Origin: Eledone cirrhosa
Lineage: Eukaryota
NCBI GenBank assembly: GCA_964016885.1
Contig: OZ024743.1
Coordinates: 185,070,001-185,134,000, forward strand
Direction of reading: 5' to 3'
DNA length: 64,000 nt
In this document: positions 12,286 through 24,189 of the stretch, one piece after another
Layout of the letters: every line of letters begins with the position of its first letter
Position numbering within the stretch: the stretch's first letter is position 1
Position numbers and translations under genes: made by a program
The notes under the pieces: generated by a model
Database searches by the model: none
Seen by the model: only the letters and a program-made list of their open reading frames with translations
Told to the model about the DNA's origin: nothing

Positions 12286-13990
12286 ACATTGTTTAACCAC
12301 TACCAACAACAGGGAATAGTGATATGGCAGCTTCATAGCCTTACCGACGCAACCACCACACATCATATTGTTTACTTCTATGCTTTCACATGTATTTTCA
12401 AAATTATAGCCCGGAGACATTTTTTTTTTCTTTCGATACGGCTCCCTGCAATACAAACAAGCAACACAACCTTATGTCACACAAGGTGGCAGGACGGTAA
12501 TATGGCCACGAAAACTCTCAAAAACAATATACATCTAACCCCTAGTGGCATTAACAAACTTCTTTTTCAGTTTTCAGATAGAACTAGTGTCAGAAAGTCT
12601 GCACACTGGTGATGTGTGAACTATTTGACTTTGAAAAACTTTGAACTTATTATTGAGCATTAATTTCTCTGCTCCCTTATATTGACTTTGAATTATCAGT
12701 TTGTTACATTCACATATTTCTTTGTAAAATGCATTTACTTGTTTTGTGCTCTTTTGCTATTTGCTTGCTCATGGTTTTTATTCATTCACATTCTTTGCTG
12801 TTTTACATGCCTGCATATGCACACATTTCTTTGTCACCTACCAACATGTTGTTCTTAGTATATGTTCTTCAAACGTAATATTCTGCGAGATCCCTTTTCA
12901 CCTGGTTGAGGTGCTGTCACATGCTAGCGACTCATAGAGCTTAATTCACCTGGATTCAAACAGGCACCGCAACACGAGAATGCTAATTGCAGCTGAACTC
13001 AAACAGTTTCGCATCTCGTTGCACACTCATCGTCCATAACAACCTCCATCTTGTTACCTTACCCGACTCACTGGGAAAACAACAAATAGAACTGGACTTG
13101 TCAGCATTTCCACCACTTCTGTGGATTCGCCCGAATTATGGAATTTACACTGCAACCCACCTACAGATTCAGCTTGCTTTTTTTTCTTTTCAAAGCAACC
13201 AGCCATTTTTTCCTGGCTCCCTAGCACATTCGGCAATACATCTGGGAGGCCAAAGTTTTCTTGCCTACCCATCATCTTCTTGCCAGCACTGGTAAACTAC
13301 CATAATAGCTTCATCCACAGCTACTGGTACAACACTTACCATTAACATTTAATGCAAGAACAGCAACTTCGCCCATGTCAGACTTTATCCGTTTTCTGTT
13401 AGACCTTTGGTGGTCACGTATAAACTACAAAACAGCTAGTCATTTGACACAGCGGCTCAACACGGCCCTTAGCGCCTCATTTTTTTCTTGCATGCATCCT
13501 TCTGCTCAATTATTTTTTCACTGATGTGCTCTTTCAGCATTTGTTCTTGCTGATTCAATAATCTGTATCGACTTCCGTCTAGAAGGGGAGTATTGTAGTA
13601 ACCTACATTCCGCGGGCTCACATACATTCTCTGTGCGTGATTTGGCTCAGCTCAGCCAATCAACGCCAGTAGAAGAGGATGTATCCCTACGCTCCCTGAG
13701 GGAGAAATTACCCGCAAAGATTTGAAGAATCTTCCTCTCGCACCAGGAACTTCGAACCAGCAACACGTACATGTGATGGTGAGATTTTGCACCTTAGCCT
13801 GCCGGCTTTCCGGCGCAATGGCACATTCCCTTTTGTAACCTCATTTTATGTGTAACTTCAACCATACAAGTTAACCAACATTATTTGTGCTACAACAAAA
13901 ATAAACATACATTTCATCTCTAATTTCTGCTGTTGACGTCGTTATTATGTTACTCGTGTCTCAATAACATTTATAATCCATGCTGCTAAA
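11534..13990 (+). mobile_element. Non-autonomous LTR retrotransposon; LTRs 11534-12108 (SINE-interrupted) and 13594-13990
   Basis: Near-identical LTRs TGTAG...GCTAAA, TSD GAAG, Trp-like PBS TGGTGACCTGACGTGA at 12110, PPT AGAAGGGGAG, and a ~1.5-kb internal region without pol. Confidence 0.9.
11825..11997 (+). mobile_element. tRNA-derived Meta-domain-type SINE inserted in the 5' LTR
   Basis: Absent from the 3' LTR. TSD ATTATT, B box GAGTTCAAATCC, Meta-like GCCTTTCATCCTTACGGGGTCGATAAAATAAAGTACCAG. Nearly identical to 60831-61005. Confidence 0.85.
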
Positions 13991-14939
13991 GAAGGAAGCT
14001 CTGGCACCCCTTGTTGAGTGTGACCAATTGACACATTTAGTGTTGATTAGTACTTTCTTTCGTTTTGATTCTATATTTTCAAGTCAAATATTTATAAATG
14101 AAGAAATAAAGATATATGTGTGTATATGTTGAATTTTGCCAACTATGGCATTTGCGTTTCTAATTTCAAACTAATAAGACATAAAATTAAATTCCCTAGC
14201 TGACAAGCTTTCAAATATTTTCCTTTCTCGAGACAGGATTTCACTAGCTTCTATTATACAGTTTTGATAAAATTAGTTTCAGTGAATGGTTGTGATGATT
14301 TTCCGAACATTTCACTGAGAGCAAAATTTGTTTTTGCGGCATTTTTACTTTTGTTCAAGTTGAAAAAAATGTTCTGTTACTCCGAAAGAGCTGTCATAAA
14401 CCGCTCTACCTTTTCTTCTTATCTATTCAGTTAATGCGTTATTCCGCTCAGTGTGTTGTAATGTTTCCTTATATTATATTCTTATCGGACGGCAATTTTA
14501 AGCAGTCATGTCAAACATTGTACGCTATCCTTTACCTCTGTTACAAAATACAATTATTTCCACTTTTCTTGAAAACTTCGGTTCTCTTCGGCAATTCTTC
14601 TTTTCTTTGACATCATCAATATTTTTTAGAACTTCAGTTATGTGGTTAGCCCCAAAACACGTCCTTCTTCTTCGAAATGTCTGTTTATTTATCAATCCAC
14701 TCTCAAACATTTTCAATTATTTTTTATTTGTGTGTATTGTTTATCATATCAGGTACACATTCCCTATATGTCAATACGAATTGACAAATTTATTTCTTAT
14801 TACGTTATGAAACAAAATAAATTTCCTCGTGTTCTGTTGTGCGTGTTAGTTGTTTGTCATCTCAAGAACACCCTCCACGCTAATATGAGTTGTTACATCT
14901 ACTCCTAAAACATGACAACCATGTTTCGATTGAATATTT

Positions 14940-15345
14940 CAAAAATTATGACCGGGTTCCCCCGGAGGATCTTTGGAGTAAAGTTACTCGATAGAATGCG
15001 TAGCTAGGAGCTCAGAGGGCCACTCCAGGTACAGCCGCTACTTCTCCGAATTGAGAGATCACAGCTCCGATACTATGGGTATGTGGTTAGAATCTTTCAG
15101 TAAAGAATCACGTGAGAGATTTTACGGGCAAAATCAACTGGCTGGAGACCCAGGAATAGACCCCTGGCAAGATGGTTGGAGAACACCCATGAGCTTGTCT
15201 GGTCGCGCTTGGGAATCCAGCTGGACCAATTGGAGACGGTTGCTTCTGACAGGACCCGCTGGAAGGAGTGTTTGAGGACTCTGCCCCACACCTTCTTAGG
15301 AATAAGTGGGCAAAGAAGAAGAAGAAGAATAAGAAGAAGAAAAGA
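14940..15345 (+). mobile_element. RTE-type LINE 3' fragment with (GAA)n tail
   Basis: RT C-terminal remnant (LRYYGYVVR...RPRNRPLARW), a 3' end shared with other copies, and GAA repeats. Confidence 0.7.
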
Positions 15346-15409
15346 AGATAAATTATGTTCTATTGAGTGTACCTTAAAAAGATTTTACGTGATTTAATAT
15401 TAAAGAAAA

Positions 15410-16650
15410 ATATAATTAGAACGCAAATCCTCCATTCACATTATGCCAAACCCGTGACCTCCAAATACCCGATCCACCGAAACTCAGTTGTTTCGGATCG
15501 CATAAAAATCAACATACTGATTCGGACTTAGTAAGAGTGATGAGGAACGTGTCCCTCATATGCAACCCCAAACAATTAGAGAGACACATACAACACTTCA
15601 TCCATCGCATGCAGTTCTCTGGCTACAATCAGAGAGACAAGATCAAGGTATATAAAGGAGCCAGAACCAAATGGGCAAAGATTGCAGAAAATGATGCAAA
15701 TGGAACTTGCCCCATGTATAGGACCAAATTTTGGAACAGAATAGAAAGGATTAGGAATAAGGCAAATAAAATTAACTCATGGTATGATAGCAATACAACC
15801 CCTAGAGGCGAACTAGCTTACAGATTTAGAAGGGCCCTAGACAAGCTCAAATTAAATATTAAGATAGTTGAAAGACCAGGTATTCCCGTAAAAAACTTAA
15901 TTAGCAAAACATGCCCATTTCAAAGATCCCCCTGTACTGATAGGAAATGCAAAGTCTGCAAACTAAGCCCGCAAACTAACTGCAAAACTAGGAACGTAGT
16001 ATATAACATATGTACTTAGGGACAGTGTAGGAATAAGAATATAACATACATAGGTGAAACAGCTCGTAGCATAGGAGAAAGGATAAGTGAACACTGGCGA
16101 GAACTCCAAGATGGGAAAAACTCATCAGTACTCCACCAACATGCCAAAATAGAACACAGGGGCACATTAGAGAACATAGAGATAAAATTATATCCACGCA
16201 CAAAAAATATGAAATGCTCAGACAAGTATAAACGAACTCCAACCAAATTTAAACAGAAGATATGAGTGGAATAGCAACATCACAACTATTAATTAAAGAC
16301 AAAATAAAGACATACAGACACACACAAAAAAAAAAACTAACAAAACAAATCAGACACACACAGATAGAACAAACAACCAACTAGTGTAGGATAGAACAAA
16401 GGAGAGACACACAAAATAAAAACCTAGTCACTGAGGAGGTCACAGAATGTGTGACGAAAGAGCTTTGACAACATATAAACCACCTTCTGGTTATCGAACC
16501 AACCAGCCAACCGGAAATTTATAATAAATTGAAGTGAAAACCAACAGGTGCGTGTGTTTTTATTGGTAGCATGACCCTCCCAAAGTATAACAATATCTGT
16601 TTCAACACACGTTTCCAGATAAGAAATCTCGCAAAGCAAATTCAAAAACG

Positions 16651-16652
<2 letters not shown>
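15410..16652 (+). mobile_element. 5'-truncated Penelope-like element, probably Naiad-type: RT C-terminus, GIY-YIG endonuclease and pLTR
   Basis: MQFSGY, CTDRKCKVC (Cx4Cx2C), NVVY...YIGETARSIGERISEH and C-terminal NLNRRYEW. In-frame TAG at 16017. The 3' region has a hammerhead and ends in (TA)n. Confidence 0.85.
16427..16469 (+). ncRNA. Minimal type-I hammerhead ribozyme (family P)
   Basis: gtca-CTGAGGA-g-gtcac(agaatgt)gtgac-GAAA-gagc-TT-tgac: stem I gtca/tgac and a very short stem III. Confidence 0.7.
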
Positions 16653-16689
<37 letters not shown>

Positions 16690-17013
16690 TATGTAAGCAT
16701 TTTAGTATATTAACATTGTTAAGACATCTGTCAGGAATATTTTGACATATATAGCTTTAGTTAAACTATATGCAAAATAACAACAAACTGTAATTTGTTG
16801 AACTGTTATTTATTGGATGACAAACATTGACAAATGTAAGAAAGAGCGATCTACTTCAGAAGTTCAGGTCTTGTTACCAACCTGACCAGAAGTTCGTTTT
16901 CTGTTGACCAGTTCAATAACAAGTCCTCAGTAAAAAACCCGCTGTCAATAGTTCGTCTTTTACAAGCTCGCGGCAATGCTCTATCTATATATCTATCTAT
17001 TTACTTACCAACT

Positions 17014-18159
17014 CATTTACACCCTTCAAACGGAGGGCTGGGGTTGCCGTGGCTGACGATGCGCAAACACGCACTCAGGCTGCGGCACCTCCACGTATTC
17101 CTCACCGAACAACCGGTGTGGGCCCCGTTCGTGAGGCGAGCCTTCCCGCGACTCGTCTCGCTGACCGAGTTGCAGTCCTGGGTCAACAAAGACCGAGGAA
17201 AATGGGCGACTGGCACATTAAATGTGCTCAGGCGCTCACAGTCCTCTGGCAAACGGACCCGGCGATCAGTGGAGACTCCACCTCGTCATTCTATAAAGGG
17301 TTGGTCCGCAGCAAGTGCGACGACACTCTCGGAGAAACTCTAGGCGTAGAGGAAAACGAACTGGCCAGTCAGTTCGGTAGGACATTCCGCCCGGGACCGA
17401 TGGACAACTTCCAAAAGTCCCTGGCCTGGCAGTGCTACCGAGGAGATCTACCCGTTCGAGACAAGCTCTACAGACATGGGCGCCCGGGCAGGGATCCCTC
17501 GAAAAAGATCTGTCCGAGATGTGTGCGGGACGAGGAAACCGTCGCGCACGCATTCGTACACTGCCCGGGCGTTACCGACCTGTGGGGCTATGTAGAACGA
17601 CTAATGTGGCGGGTGGGACAAATCCGGTTGACCACCGAGTCCATTATTGCGATCAAACCGCCACCTTCCTTTAAAAACGGAGAGGCGATTTTTCTCTGTG
17701 TAATGGCTATGGTGAAAGAGGCTATATGGTGGACGAGACTGAAAGGGCTGAGGTCAGATACCTTTCTCTCCGGCGAACAACTGGTTTGCTTCTTCAAATA
17801 TCATTTTAGAAGAAGAATCAGAGTGGAGAGAGAGGTGCTGCACCCCAACAAATTTTACGAAAGGTGGGTGAATGTGGCAAGGATGGCCCGAGTGGTTGGG
17901 CCTTCTCTTTATATAAACCTGTAGGTTGAGGAAAAAGAGGAAGGGAGCGCTCACTCTTCGTGCTCCTGGAGATGGAGGTTGTACATTTTTTCGGGGTGTG
18001 TACAACCCATGTGTAACGCCCCCCCCCCTATTGGGGATTTCAATTGTTAATTGTTATTTGTTATTTTTATTAATTCTATTTTTTTACACGCATGTGTGTA
18101 AACTCCCCACTCTGTATTTGTCCCCATCTTTTTGCGCCCTTGTGGCAAATAAAGAAACA
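17014..18159 (+). mobile_element. 5'-truncated Tx1-clade (L1 group) LINE
   Basis: GGLGLP motif, zf-RVT CPRCVRDEETVAHAFVHCP, AATAAA, and 20-bp TSD TATCTATTTACTTACCAACT (16994-17013 / 18160-18179). Confidence 0.88.
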
Positions 18160-18604
18160 TATCTATTTACTTACCAACTTTCGGGACGTGACGTATTAAG
18201 TGAATGTGTGGAACAGAACAATTTTAAAAAAAAGAAGCAAAAGAAAGAAATTTTAAAAAATGCTATCGAAATTAATCAAAACAAGTGTTGCCTGACATAA
18301 GTATTTGGTTGATACTCTGTAGTCATTGCACATGAAGCGAAATGAAAGGAATATATAATGATACTAATAGTAATTTCATCATTAATTACACAGTATTTAC
18401 AAAAGGCATATTAAGGACGGTACAATATGATACAGTGTAGTGATATGAAAATGAGAAAGAAATAAAAAACAAAAGAAAATTAAACAATGGGGTAGACATG
18501 CGAGAATCACTTATAGAAAAAAACCCACAAAAGTCACCATCAACCTAACTACTGAGGAAAGTGCTTTTCCCTTTTACCGTCCTCTAATCTACAGATGTAT
18601 GCTC

Positions 18605-21232
18605 AGATTAAGCTGCGTGGTCAGAAGTAAATCACGTGCTCTGGGAAACGAGGGAGCGAAAGCTGTTAGCTGGGCCCGAGTGGCAGAGGCGAAAAGTGGC
18701 AACAAGTCCACGATTCGGTCTTTGAAAGACCAAAACGGACGCGTACTACTTGACCCCAAGCGGATGTGCGCGGCCTTTCAGCGGCACTTTGCGCAACTGT
18801 TCGGGCAGAGTGGCGATGCGTCGAACGGGGCAATGGACTTCGGTTCATACCTCGATGGCCTGCCTCGTCTCTCGAGAATAGACGCCGAGTTCTGCGAAAG
18901 ACCGATCACAGCCACTGAGATACGGGACGCTCTGGACCGCTGCGGGAAACGCAAATCACCCGGTCTAGATGGTCTACACTATGAGTTTTACATAGGCATG
19001 CCGGACTTGTTCTCTGGCGTCCTCGAGGCCGTCTACTGCAACTGGCAGTAGAACGGGAGAATTCCCAGTTCTGCAGACAGGGGCGTAGTAGCGCTGATCA
19101 GGAAAGACGAGAACAAGGGGGACGAACTAAGCAACTTTAGGCCCATAACTCTGCTCAACACAGAGTTAAAGATTTTGGCCAAGGTGTTGGCAACGAAGTT
19201 GGCGCTTGTCGTCGAGAACCTGGTAGGGAAAGCGCAAACGTGTGCAATCCCGACCAGGTCCATACACGACAACCTCCACCTCATGCGATACATCATAGAG
19301 AGGGTAGGGTGTAAACCCGGCTTTGGTGGGGCTCTGATCAATTTAGATCAGTCTAAGGCATTCGATAGGGTCGACCATCGATACTTGGAAGCAGTTCTCA
19401 AGGCGGCCGGTTTCGGACCCGTCTTCAGAGGCTGGATCGCCGCAATGCACACCAACATCTGTTCGATGGTCAAGGTGAACGGCTACCTATCGGAGCCATT
19501 CGCAATCACGCGTTCCATCCGACAAGGATGCCTTCTCTCCTCTATTCTGTACGTACTGACTCTAGAGCCACTACTGCGGAAGTTGGAGCTGCTGCAGGAC
19601 ATTCCGTTGGAACCGGGACTGCGGAAAGCGGCGTCGGCTTATGCCCACGACGTGACGGTAATGGTGTCGGAAGCCTCCGAAATCGGGGCGATCGGCAACT
19701 TACTGCAGGAATATGAAAGGCTCACAGGAGCAAAACTGAACCCGGACAAGTCTGTCGGTTTGTAACTCGGAACGTGGAGAGGCAAACCGATGCCGTCCGA
19801 TAGCGTTGTCGGACGCTGGATGGACGGACCGGTGAAATTGCTCGGGGTCTGGTTCGGTCCGGACCTCCAGGTGGAGAAAAACTGGAACGAGGTCACGACC
19901 AAGGTATTTGCACTCACCCAGAAGTGGGCAGAGTGAAAACTATCCTTGAAAGGTCGAGCGGAGGGGCGAACACTTTCATAGCGTCCGTCATCTACTACCA
20001 CTTGACCGTCGTGCCTTGTCCCCGTGAACACCTCACCAAGATGGAACGCATGCTATTCCAGTTCCTTTGGAAGAAGCAGGCTCCACTGGTGAGGAGATCC
20101 GTCTGCTGTCAGCACTCTTCCAACGGAGGGCTGGGAATGCCGTGGCTGATGATGCGCAAGCATGCGCTGAGACTACGTTATCTACAGGTATTCCTCACCG
20201 ACTCCCAACCGGTGTGGGCACCGTTTGTGAGACAAGCCTTCCCGCAACTTGTCTCGCTGACGGAGCTGCAGTGCTGGGTCAAGCGGAGACCGAAGAAGAT
20301 GGGCGCCTGGCACATTGAATGCGCTCAGACGCTCACAGTCCTCTGTCAAGCGGGCACGGCAATCAGTGGAGATTCCACTTCGACATTCTATAGAGGGTTA
20401 GTACGTCACAAGGGCCACGACGTGCTCAGAGAGACTCTAGGCGTCGAAGACGACGAACTCACCAGTCTGTTTGGTAGGACTTTCTGCCCGGGACCTATGG
20501 ACAACTTGGCAGTGCTACTGAGGAGCTCTACCAGTTCGTGACAAGATCTACAGGCACGGACGCCCCGGAAGGGATCCTTCCAAGAAGACGTGTCCAAGAT
20601 GCACGCAGGACATTGAAACCGTCCTGCACGCAATTGTACACTGCCCGGGCGTAACCGACCTGTGGAACTACGCGGAATAACTACTGTCGCGTATGGGACA
20701 AATCCAGTTGACTGCCGAGTCCATAGTAAGAATCAAACCGCCAACTTCTTTCAAAAACGAAAGAGAGGCGGTTTTCCTCTGTATAGTGGCTATGGTGAAA
20801 GAGGTGGACGAGATTGAGAGGACTGAGGACAGATGCCTTTCTCTCTAGACAACAACTCATTCCCTTCTTTAGATACCACTTCAGAAGGAGAATCAGATTG
20901 GAGAGAGAGGCACTGCACCCCAGTAAATTTACTGAAAGGTGGGTGAATGTGGAAAAAATAGCCCGAGTGATTGGACCTTCTCTGTATATAAACCTGTAGG
21001 TTGAAGAAGAGAGCAAAATGAAGAAAGGAACACTTGCACAACATGCTCCTGAAGTTGAGGGTTGTTCTATCGACTGGGTATTAAACAACCCATTTGTGGT
21101 GCTTCCCCCCTATTGGGGATTTCGATTGTTATAATTGTTTGTTTTATATTTTTTTACACGATTGTATGTAAAATCCCCGGCATGTCTTTGTTTTGTCCCC
21201 TTTTCTTGTGCGCCCTTGTAGCTAATAAAGAA

Positions 21233-21287
<55 letters not shown>

Positions 21288-21288
21288 G
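18605..21288 (+). mobile_element. 5'-truncated Tx1-clade LINE with disrupted RT and (ATCT)n tail
   Basis: KSPGLDG, NFRPITLLN, LDQSKAFDRVDH, SIRQGCLLS and AYAHD(YADD) motifs with stops and frameshifts. Same 3' end as 17014-18159. Confidence 0.9.
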
Positions 21289-21312
21289 CTCTCATACATC
21301 CATCCATAGATA

Positions 21313-24008
21313 TATAGCGAAATCTGTCCACACCTTGAACCCTCGGTGACACAGAAAAGTCAAATTCTGAGTCACCTCCTTTTCGGGTAAACAAATCTAT
21401 CCGTAGGCGATGATCCCTCGAGGCGGGAGATAGGAAGCGACAGATATAAATAGTCTGTAAGAGACCAAGCAAAATAACTTCGGAGCAGTTTATGAGAGGA
21501 TAACTATGTAAAACATATACTTCCTACAGACCCCTTGGGCTCTACATGGGTCTACAGACTGACACAGGCCTTTACTCTGTAGCAAGAGTTGCCTCCCTTA
21601 TCACCACTAGCGCTCTCTAGACAGGAAGTAGCTGGAGTTACTTCCCGTTGAGGTGGAAGAACCTTCTTTGTCACTTCCGTCCTGGGACCCTATAAAGGAG
21701 AGAGCTTTCAGCTCTCTCCCTCTCTTTTAACCTGCCTGGCCCTTCGGCCAGGCTCGCGTTCGCCGAGGCTATACTCTCTGGCAACCTGAACATGGTAATG
21801 TAAAGACCACTTGGTCTCTTGCGAGATGACTTCAAAACGTAATACAACTAACTTTAATTCAACTTTCATCTCTCTTGGCATGTCAACTATTCTGCTCTAC
21901 AAAACTCAACCTTGTTAAATAAATATTGTACAATCAACCGAGTGCCCTGCTATATTCATACAACCCAGTAACCCTGTTATAAGTGGTGACCCCGAGAAAA
22001 AAATAATGGGATCTGGTGTTGTGTGAATGTGAAAAAAAAAAAAAAAATTAATTAGCAGTATTTCAAAAAGAAAAAATTCCTCTAACAACATTCCACATGG
22101 ATTTTTTCTACAACATTTTTTTCTACAACGAAAAATAGAAGTAATCTTTTTCTCAGCAGCAAACAAACAAGAAAAAATGTTGTTCTTCACCTAACGTGTT
22201 TACATCGTTTAAATGTGTTTCACTCACTCGATGTATCTCATCACTTTCAAAAAAAAATTGAACTCTCGCCATATACAAAGCCTTTCCTTCTTTTTCATCA
22301 TATTATCACGTTCACACACACATTTTTCAAAATGGCTGCCAACGACCTGTTGTACTATAATTTTCGCGCCATTTTCTCGCGCAATAGAAATTTTTTTTTT
22401 TTCAACTTGACATTAACCTTCTTTCGGCACGTGTGGGAGCACACATCTCGACTCACTGAGATAACCCACGCCATAGATAATGTTTCTTTACAAGGATTCT
22501 CCAGCCTTAAGCTATATTCTCCTATTTGCCGGTTTAAAAATTTACCACGTAAATTTGCCGTTGAAAACTGCGCATTTATTCAGAATGCTTATTTCTTTGG
22601 TCGCTGGCCTCTTGACCATTCCAGGTCAACGCTTTCTCAACATCGACCATCAACTTTGGCTGTTATTTCTAGCACTTTGCGCAACTCATTTTTTCTGAGA
22701 AAATTTTTACTGTGAACGGAAACAACATCGAATAGGTTCACTCCGCGAGACAACAACTCATTTTTTCTGGGAAACTTTTTACTGTGATTTGAAACAACTT
22801 TGAAAGAGTTATCTCACTCCGCGAGACAACAACAACAACACAGCTTCATCAACAACCAAAACCAGCAGAACAAGACAGAGAATTTATTTTTGCAGCACTC
22901 TTCTTATGAGAAAATCCCTTTGGAGGTTGGGAATTTTACGTTGTACCACAGTCCAGAAACCACCTGCATACATTCTCTGGAACACACTTTCTTTCATGCT
23001 GTCACATGTGAACTGTATTTTGAACATTTGAAACTTTTTTTTTTTTTAATAACTATGTTCGAGCACGTTTCTTTGTCCTTTGACCTCTTCTTTTAGATTG
23101 ATTACATTGTATCTTTGAGTGATGGATAGATAGATGTCCAGTCGTTCTCTGGCCAAGAGCGGTTGGCTACCTTGATATCTATCATTGATTTTTGCATGCT
23201 TATATTTTGCTGTTTTCCTTTTATTGCAAACATTATTTTTTTGTAATTCTCATGCCTGGACTTTGGTGTTACATGCTCGCCATCTTACTTCATACATGGT
23301 TTATTCGATTTTTATGTTTTAAAAATCTGGCGGGGGATAATGTAGCAAGAGTTGCCTCCCTTATCACCAGTAGCGCTCTCTAGACAGGAAGTAGCTGGAG
23401 TTACTTCCCGTTGAGGTGGAAGAACCTTCTTTGTCACTTCCGTCCTGGGACCCTATAAAGGAGAGAGCTTTCAGCTCTCTCCCTCGCTTTTAACCTGCCT
23501 GGCCTTTCGGCCAGGCTCGCGTTCGCCGAGGCTATACTCTCTGGCAACTTGAACATGGTAATGTAAAGATCACTTGGTCTCTCGCGAGATGACTTCAAAA
23601 CGGTAATACAACTAACTTTAATTCAACTTTCATCTCTCTTGGCATGTCAACTATTCTGCTCTACATAACTCAACCTTGTTAAATAAACATTGTACAATCA
23701 ACCGAGTGCCCTGTTATATTCATACAACCCAGTAACCCTGTTATAACTCTCTCTACAGGGGTCTACAGACTTCTACAGGCCTTTACTTTCTCTACAGACT
23801 TCTATAAACCTTTCTCTCTCTTTCTCCTCTGGCACAGACTACACCAGCATAACGAAGTAATAACAAAAACATCGTTAACCGTTATAATTCGTAGTAACCT
23901 ATTCGTTGTTCTTTTTAACTGAAGTGAAGTAAATTTGATATCGAAAGTAAACCATCTATTTTGTGTTATTTTCACCAAACAATAACTACTAACAATTCAT
24001 TCGCTTCA
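21313..24008 (+). mobile_element. Probable older solo LTR (~520 bp) split by the nested LTR element
   Basis: Degenerate inverted termini TATAGCGAA...TTCGCTTCA, TATAAATA box, and TCTACAG-type repeats continuing on both sides of the nested insert. Confidence 0.45.
21578..23745 (+). mobile_element. Non-autonomous LTR retrotransposon; LTRs 21578-21981 and 23341-23745
   Basis: Near-identical LTRs TGTAG...GTTATA, TSD ACTC, PBS TGGTGACCCCGA (tRNA-Trp), PPT GGCGGGGGATAA, and a ~1.36-kb non-coding interior. Confidence 0.9.
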
Positions 24009-24189
24009 TATATATGCCTAATACATATATACATATATACGTTCATGCATGCATCCATCCCTTCATCCACCCATACATACATACAGAGATGTATACATGC
24101 GTACATTGATACACGTATACATGCATACATACATGTTGATTGCTACTTCTTGTCAGAAGAGTGCCATCCCTTCATTGAACATCGTACGA

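Noticed and set aside
13085-13150. Gag remnant (FPPL..DSPELW) in the non-autonomous LTR element
   Set aside because: It is short and frameshifted; suggestive but insufficient without a profile search.
14330-14910. Tc1/mariner transposase remnant (also 28560-28920)
   Set aside because: The resemblance is vague, and no TIRs or DDE motifs could be confirmed.
16010-16030. Selenocysteine recoding in the PLE ORF
   Set aside because: The in-frame stop is TAG, not TGA, and other disruptions indicate ordinary decay.
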